Of a DNA stretch of 64,000 nt, positions 59,515 to 64,000 are shown piece after piece. The translations under genes were made by a program, and so were the position numbers. Position 1 is the first letter of the stretch. Each line of letters starts with the position of its first letter. The notes beneath the pieces are model-generated. The model searched no databases. It had not been told where the DNA came from and saw nothing but the letters and a program-made list of their open reading frames with translations. Source of the DNA: Nitrosopumilus sp. GTDB lineage: Archaea > Thermoproteota > Nitrososphaeria > Nitrososphaerales > Nitrosopumilaceae. The stretch lies in NCBI GenBank assembly GCA_965218785.1, contig OZ244650.1, forward strand, positions 288,001-352,000, read 5' to 3'.

Positions 59515-59664
59515 ACCTCACTTTAGAAAACTTGTAACTTTTCAACACTTACTTGAAAAGGCACTTTTGGCTTATAATTGTTGAGAAATTTGCATGCCTG
59601 TTACAATGTTTTTTCGAATTTTTAAATTGTAAATATTAAATTCAGGCCTGATTTACCACATCTT

Positions 59665-61941
59665 ATGGAAATTGATACTACTTTTGAGCTTGTTGCAAAA
59701 GTATATCTGAAATTAAAAGAAAATATTGTAAAATACCGAAATATTACCGGAAAACCACTTACACTTACTGAGAAAATCCTATCCGGCCATTTCAATGAAA
59801 TGACTGAGAAAAGTTTCGTTGGTGGAAAAGATTATGTTTTTCTCAAACCTGACAGGGTTGCATTACAAGATGTTACGGGTCAAATGGTAATGCTTCAATT
59901 CATGCAAGCTGATCTTAAGCAAACGGTCCTGCCAACAACCGTACACTGTGATCATCTCATTAGAGCTGAAGTTCAGGGCGATGTAGACATGAAAGTCTCT
60001 CTTGATGAAAACAGCGAGGTCTTCAAATTCCTACAATCATCTGCGGCAAAATTCGGATGCGGTTTTTGGAAACCGGGCGCCGGAATTATTCACCAGGTGG
60101 TTCTTGAAAACTATGCATTTCCTGGCGGATTGATGATTGGTACTGATTCTCACACTCCAAACGCCGGCGGTCTTGGAATGATTGCTATTGGAGTTGGTGG
60201 ATTGGACGCAGCCGAGACTATGGCAGGCATGCCTTGGGAACTACTTTATCCCAAACGAATCGGTGTAAAACTGACTGGCGAATTAAATGGATGGACATCT
60301 CCAAAAGATATCATACTCAAAGTTGCTGAGGAACTGACAGTTTCTGGCGGCACTAATTCTATAGTTGAGTATTTTGGATCTGGAACCAAGTCTATTAGTT
60401 GTACTGGCAAAGCCACAATCACCAACATGGGAGCTGAGATTGGTGCAACATGTTCAGTCTTTCCTTATGATCAAAGAATGGAAACCTATCTGAGATATAC
60501 CAACAAAGAGGATATAGCTGAATTGGCAAATCAGAATAAAGAATTACTTGTAGCAGATCCCGAAGTTGAGACAAATCCTGAAAATTTCTTTGATCAGGTC
60601 ATTGAAATCAATCTTTCAGTATTGGAGCCACGTATTGTTGGACCCCATACTCCTGATTTGGCAAGAACAATTTCCGAACTAGCAGATGATGTAAAATCCA
60701 ATGATTATGTTGATCCAATCTCTGTTGCGTTAATTGGCAGCTGTACAAATTCATCTTATGAGGATATGTCAAGAGCCGCAGACTTGGCCAAACAAGCAAC
60801 TGCAAAAGGAATCAAAGCCAAAATTCCATTACTGGTGACTCCTGGTTCTGAACAAATTCGGGGGACTATTGAACGGGATGGACAGATGAATTCTCTAAAA
60901 GAAATCGGCGCAACTGTCCTGGCAAATGCATGTGGTCCCTGCATTGGTCAATGGAACAGACCTGAATTGGATGAAGATCAAAGAAATACTATTGTTACAA
61001 CATTTAACAGAAATTTCCCTGGACGAAATGACGGTCATCGAAACACTCTGAATTTCATTGGAAGTCCTGAAATGATCATCGCCTTAGCTTTGGATGGGCG
61101 GCTTTCCTTTAATCCATTAAAAGATGAATTAACAGCATCTGATGGAACAAAATTCAAGCTTGAAGCACCAAAACCTGCACCTGAAGTACCTCCGCAGGGT
61201 TTTATGAGACCCGAAGGAATTTTTGTCGCCCCACCTGAAAATTCTGATGATGTTGATGTCATCATTGATCCTAACAGCAAAAGATTGCAACGCTTGGAAC
61301 CATTTCCAAAATGGGATGGAAAAGACTATCAAGAAATACCAGTCATGGTAAAAGCAAAGGGCAAATGTACCACGGATCATATCTCTCCTGCAGGTGCATG
61401 GCTGTCACTACGAGGACACTTGGATAATCTCAGTGATAACATGCTGTTGGGTGCAGTTAACGCATTCAATGATGAGGTAGGTCATGGCAGGAATATTCTC
61501 ACTAATCAACTTGAATTATTTTCAAATATTGCAAGACAGTATAAAGAAAAACAGATACGGTGGGTGATTGTCGGTGACAATAACTACGGTGAGGGCAGCA
61601 GTAGAGAACATGCTGCAATGACTCCGAGACATCTGGGATGTGCTGCAGTCATTACAAAAAGTCTGGCTAGAATACATGAAACAAATCTGAAAAAACAGGG
61701 AATTCTGGCATTAACCTTTAGCAATCCGGAAGATTATGACAAAATCCTTGAAGACGATAAAATCAGCTTGCTTGGTTTGAATGAACTAGAACCGCACAAG
61801 CAGATCAGATGCGTTCTCACACACGGTGATGGAAACAAAGAAGAGATTCTGTTAAATCATTCATACAACAAATCTCAAATTGAATGGTTCAGGGCCGGTT
61901 CTGCACTAAATGTTTTGAGAAATAACCGGCAGAATTTTTAA
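59665..61941 (+). CDS. acnA: Aconitate hydratase
   Basis: HCDH, GTDSHT, GSCTNSS, ACGPCIG, TTDHIS and GSSREH. Confidence 0.97.
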   Translation: MEIDTTFELVAKVYLKLKENIVKYRNITGKPLTLTEKILSGHFNEMTEKSFVGGKDYVFLKPDRVALQDVTGQMVMLQFMQADLKQTVLPTTVHCDHLIRAEVQGDVDMKVSLDENSEVFKFLQSSAAKFGCGFWKPGAGIIHQVVLENYAFPGGLMIGTDSHTPNAGGLGMIAIGVGGLDAAETMAGMPWELLYPKRIGVKLTGELNGWTSPKDIILKVAEELTVSGGTNSIVEYFGSGTKSISCTGKATITNMGAEIGATCSVFPYDQRMETYLRYTNKEDIAELANQNKELLVADPEVETNPENFFDQVIEINLSVLEPRIVGPHTPDLARTISELADDVKSNDYVDPISVALIGSCTNSSYEDMSRAADLAKQATAKGIKAKIPLLVTPGSEQIRGTIERDGQMNSLKEIGATVLANACGPCIGQWNRPELDEDQRNTIVTTFNRNFPGRNDGHRNTLNFIGSPEMIIALALDGRLSFNPLKDELTASDGTKFKLEAPKPAPEVPPQGFMRPEGIFVAPPENSDDVDVIIDPNSKRLQRLEPFPKWDGKDYQEIPVMVKAKGKCTTDHISPAGAWLSLRGHLDNLSDNMLLGAVNAFNDEVGHGRNILTNQLELFSNIARQYKEKQIRWVIVGDNNYGEGSSREHAAMTPRHLGCAAVITKSLARIHETNLKKQGILALTFSNPEDYDKILEDDKISLLGLNELEPHKQIRCVLTHGDGNKEEILLNHSYNKSQIEWFRAGSALNVLRNNRQNF

Positions 61942-61943
61942 CG

Positions 61944-62096
61944 TGGGGCCGACCGGAATCGAACCGGCGACCTACGGGTCACTACAGCTCCAAACTTACA
62001 TCATCCGTGAGTCAGTTTAGCTTAGTTTACCTCTGGAGCCCTTAGCGGTGATCTGTTCGTAGACACTGTCGCCCTACCAGGCTAGGCTACGACCCC
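61944..62096 (-). tRNA. tRNA-Trp(CCA) with two introns (62042-62067 at 28/29; 61980-62032 at 37/38)
   Basis: Spliced anticodon arm ACGGG-CTCCAGA-CCCGT; BHB motifs at the junctions. Confidence 0.88.
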
Positions 62097-62186
62097 ACAC
62101 TCAAGAATGAAATAGACTCGAATTTTAAGTTATTTTTAACCAAGATTTAATTGAGATTAACATGAATTTGTACTTGATAATCAACT

Positions 62187-62720
62187 TTGGTAAAAACAGT
62201 CCATCTTGCATTGGGTGCAATTCCGGTAATTATAGCCCTTTTAATCTCGATTCCGCTGATTACAAAAAACGAAATTCCGACTTCTGCGGCAAATTCTTAT
62301 GATACTATTGAGATCGAGTACACCAAACACCAGTTGAAGAAAATCTCCAACGGTATCACAGAAAGAGTGGGTGCCCAGCAAACCGAGATTCTTTTTATCA
62401 AAAATGACGGTGATTTAAAATACTCTCTAACCGAACACGGGTATATCAGACCTGATGTTCGTTCTAAATTAGATGAGGTAAAACTTGACAGAATAAAGGC
62501 ATTGATCAAGGAGACCGGATTCATATCAATTCCATCAGAATCATTTTTGATTCTAGATGATGTAACTGAATATCAAAAATCAAATATCAAGATAACTCTC
62601 AATGGACGGCTAAATCAAATTCACTGGCCAGAACAAAATGCCACGGAACAATTTATTCCTCCGATAATTGACAGGGTTGCATCCGAACTGGATCAAATCA
62701 TATCTGAAATTAGTGAATAG
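62187..62720 (+). CDS. Membrane-anchored hypothetical protein
   Basis: N-terminal TM. Confidence 0.7.
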   Translation: MVKTVHLALGAIPVIIALLISIPLITKNEIPTSAANSYDTIEIEYTKHQLKKISNGITERVGAQQTEILFIKNDGDLKYSLTEHGYIRPDVRSKLDEVKLDRIKALIKETGFISIPSESFLILDDVTEYQKSNIKITLNGRLNQIHWPEQNATEQFIPPIIDRVASELDQIISEISE

Positions 62721-62750
62721 ATACAAATAGTCTCTAGTAAAAATCAGAAC

Positions 62751-63719
62751 ATGCTTCCACTCTCCGGTCAGCGGCATGATGCTAAAGGCATAGTCTCTGA
62801 AAAAGCAGACTCTGTTGATATCCTGCGTGGTTCGTCCACCGTTAAGCGGGGTTTTGCCCATATGTTGAAAAATGGAGTGGTGATGGATGTTACCACCGTA
62901 GAACAAGCTCAAATTGCTGAAGAAGCCGGGGCAGTTTCTGTAATGGTCTTGGACAAACTTCCATCTGAAGTTAGAAAGGCAGGCGGAGTTGCACGCACTG
63001 CAAGTATCAGAATTATTGAGGACATTATGGGTTCAGTAACAATACCTGTCATGGCTAAATGTAGAATTGGCCATGTCAATGAGGCATTGATTCTACAGGA
63101 AACTGATGTGGACATGATTGATGAATCTGAAGTTTTAACCCCTGCTGACGAGTCCCACCATATCTGGAAATGGGATTTTACAACACCTTTTGTAAACGGT
63201 GCAAGATCTCTGGCCGAAGCCCTGAGAAGAATTGAAGAGGGTGCAGCAATGATTAGAACAAAAGGGGAACCGGGAACGGGAAATGTTGCAGAAGCCGTCA
63301 CCCATATCAAAAAGGTCAATGATCAATTAAGAACGATAAAGTCAATTTATGATTCTGGAGACGACCAGGATTTGGTAAGGATGGCAAGAGAATTCAGGGT
63401 ATCTTATGATATTGTTAAACAAACTGCCAAACTTGGAAGATTGCCTGTTGTAAATTTTGCCGCCGGTGGAATCGCAACACCTGCAGATGCAGCATATCTT
63501 ATGTCTCTTGGATGTGATGGAATCTTTGTCGGTTCTGGAATTTTTAACGCCGATGATGCAAAAGAAAGGGCAAAAGCAATAGTTTTGGCTACTACCTTTT
63601 GGAACGAGTCTGAAAAAGTAAAAGAAGCCCAAAAAATGATCGATGAAAGGCAGTCCATGCTGGGATTGGATGTAAATACACTGGAATTACGTATGCAAGA
63701 ACGTGGCGGATCTTCATGA
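62751..63719 (+). CDS. pdxS: Pyridoxal 5'-phosphate synthase lyase subunit
   Basis: [21 protein letters not shown] and [13 protein letters not shown]. Confidence 0.98.
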   Translation: MLPLSGQRHDAKGIVSEKADSVDILRGSSTVKRGFAHMLKNGVVMDVTTVEQAQIAEEAGAVSVMVLDKLPSEVRKAGGVARTASIRIIEDIMGSVTIPVMAKCRIGHVNEALILQETDVDMIDESEVLTPADESHHIWKWDFTTPFVNGARSLAEALRRIEEGAAMIRTKGEPGTGNVAEAVTHIKKVNDQLRTIKSIYDSGDDQDLVRMAREFRVSYDIVKQTAKLGRLPVVNFAAGGIATPADAAYLMSLGCDGIFVGSGIFNADDAKERAKAIVLATTFWNESEKVKEAQKMIDERQSMLGLDVNTLELRMQERGGSS

Positions 63720-64000
63720 GCCCAAACATCGGAGTTTTATCCATTCAAGGTGACGTTGAAGAAAACATTCTTTCTATCCGATCTGCCCTCGACGATCTGG
63801 GCATTGATGGACAAGTATCTGACGTAAAGACACCTGAAGAGATCTCCCAGCTGGATGGACTGATAATACCCGGTGGTGAAAGCACTACTATTGGACAACT
63901 TTCCTTGGTAAATGGCTCATTAAAGGCATTAAAAGAAAAAATTGAAGACGGAATGCCCGTACTTGGAATATGTGCCGGAATGATCATGTTATCCAAAACT
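63716..64000 (+). CDS. pdxT: PLP synthase glutaminase subunit (partial)
   Basis: [16 protein letters not shown] and GICAGMI. Confidence 0.95.
   Translation, partial: MSPNIGVLSIQGDVEENILSIRSALDDLGIDGQVSDVKTPEEISQLDGLIIPGGESTTIGQLSLVNGSLKALKEKIEDGMPVLGICAGMIMLSKT

Overview
This window is chromosomal DNA from an ammonia-oxidising archaeon (Nitrososphaerota, Nitrosopumilus-like). It contains the amoB-amoC-amoX-amoA cluster, a probable amoZ-amoY pair just upstream, and a Dam-type methylase just downstream. Housekeeping genes include the KEOPS subunits, tyw1, dus, tbp, rps3ae, serS, rps15, trpS, pheS/T, aconitase and pdxS/T. There are five tRNAs; tRNA-Leu(TAA) and tRNA-Trp(CCA) each carry two BHB introns. 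Accessory content: three tandem thrombospondin-type-3-repeat genes, two of them built from an exact 615-bp module; an accessory region with a second AmoZ-like paralogue next to two wHTH regulators; an AT-rich islet at the 3' end of tRNA-Ile with a Zn-finger/PD-(D/E)XK nuclease gene and a DUF4238 gene (candidate defence pair); and several pseudogene remnants. Elements missing from the ORF track include a box C/D sRNA, a two-hairpin H/ACA-like RNA, two small membrane ORFs and a GATC-centred motif upstream of amo genes. All family assignments were made by motif recognition without database searches.
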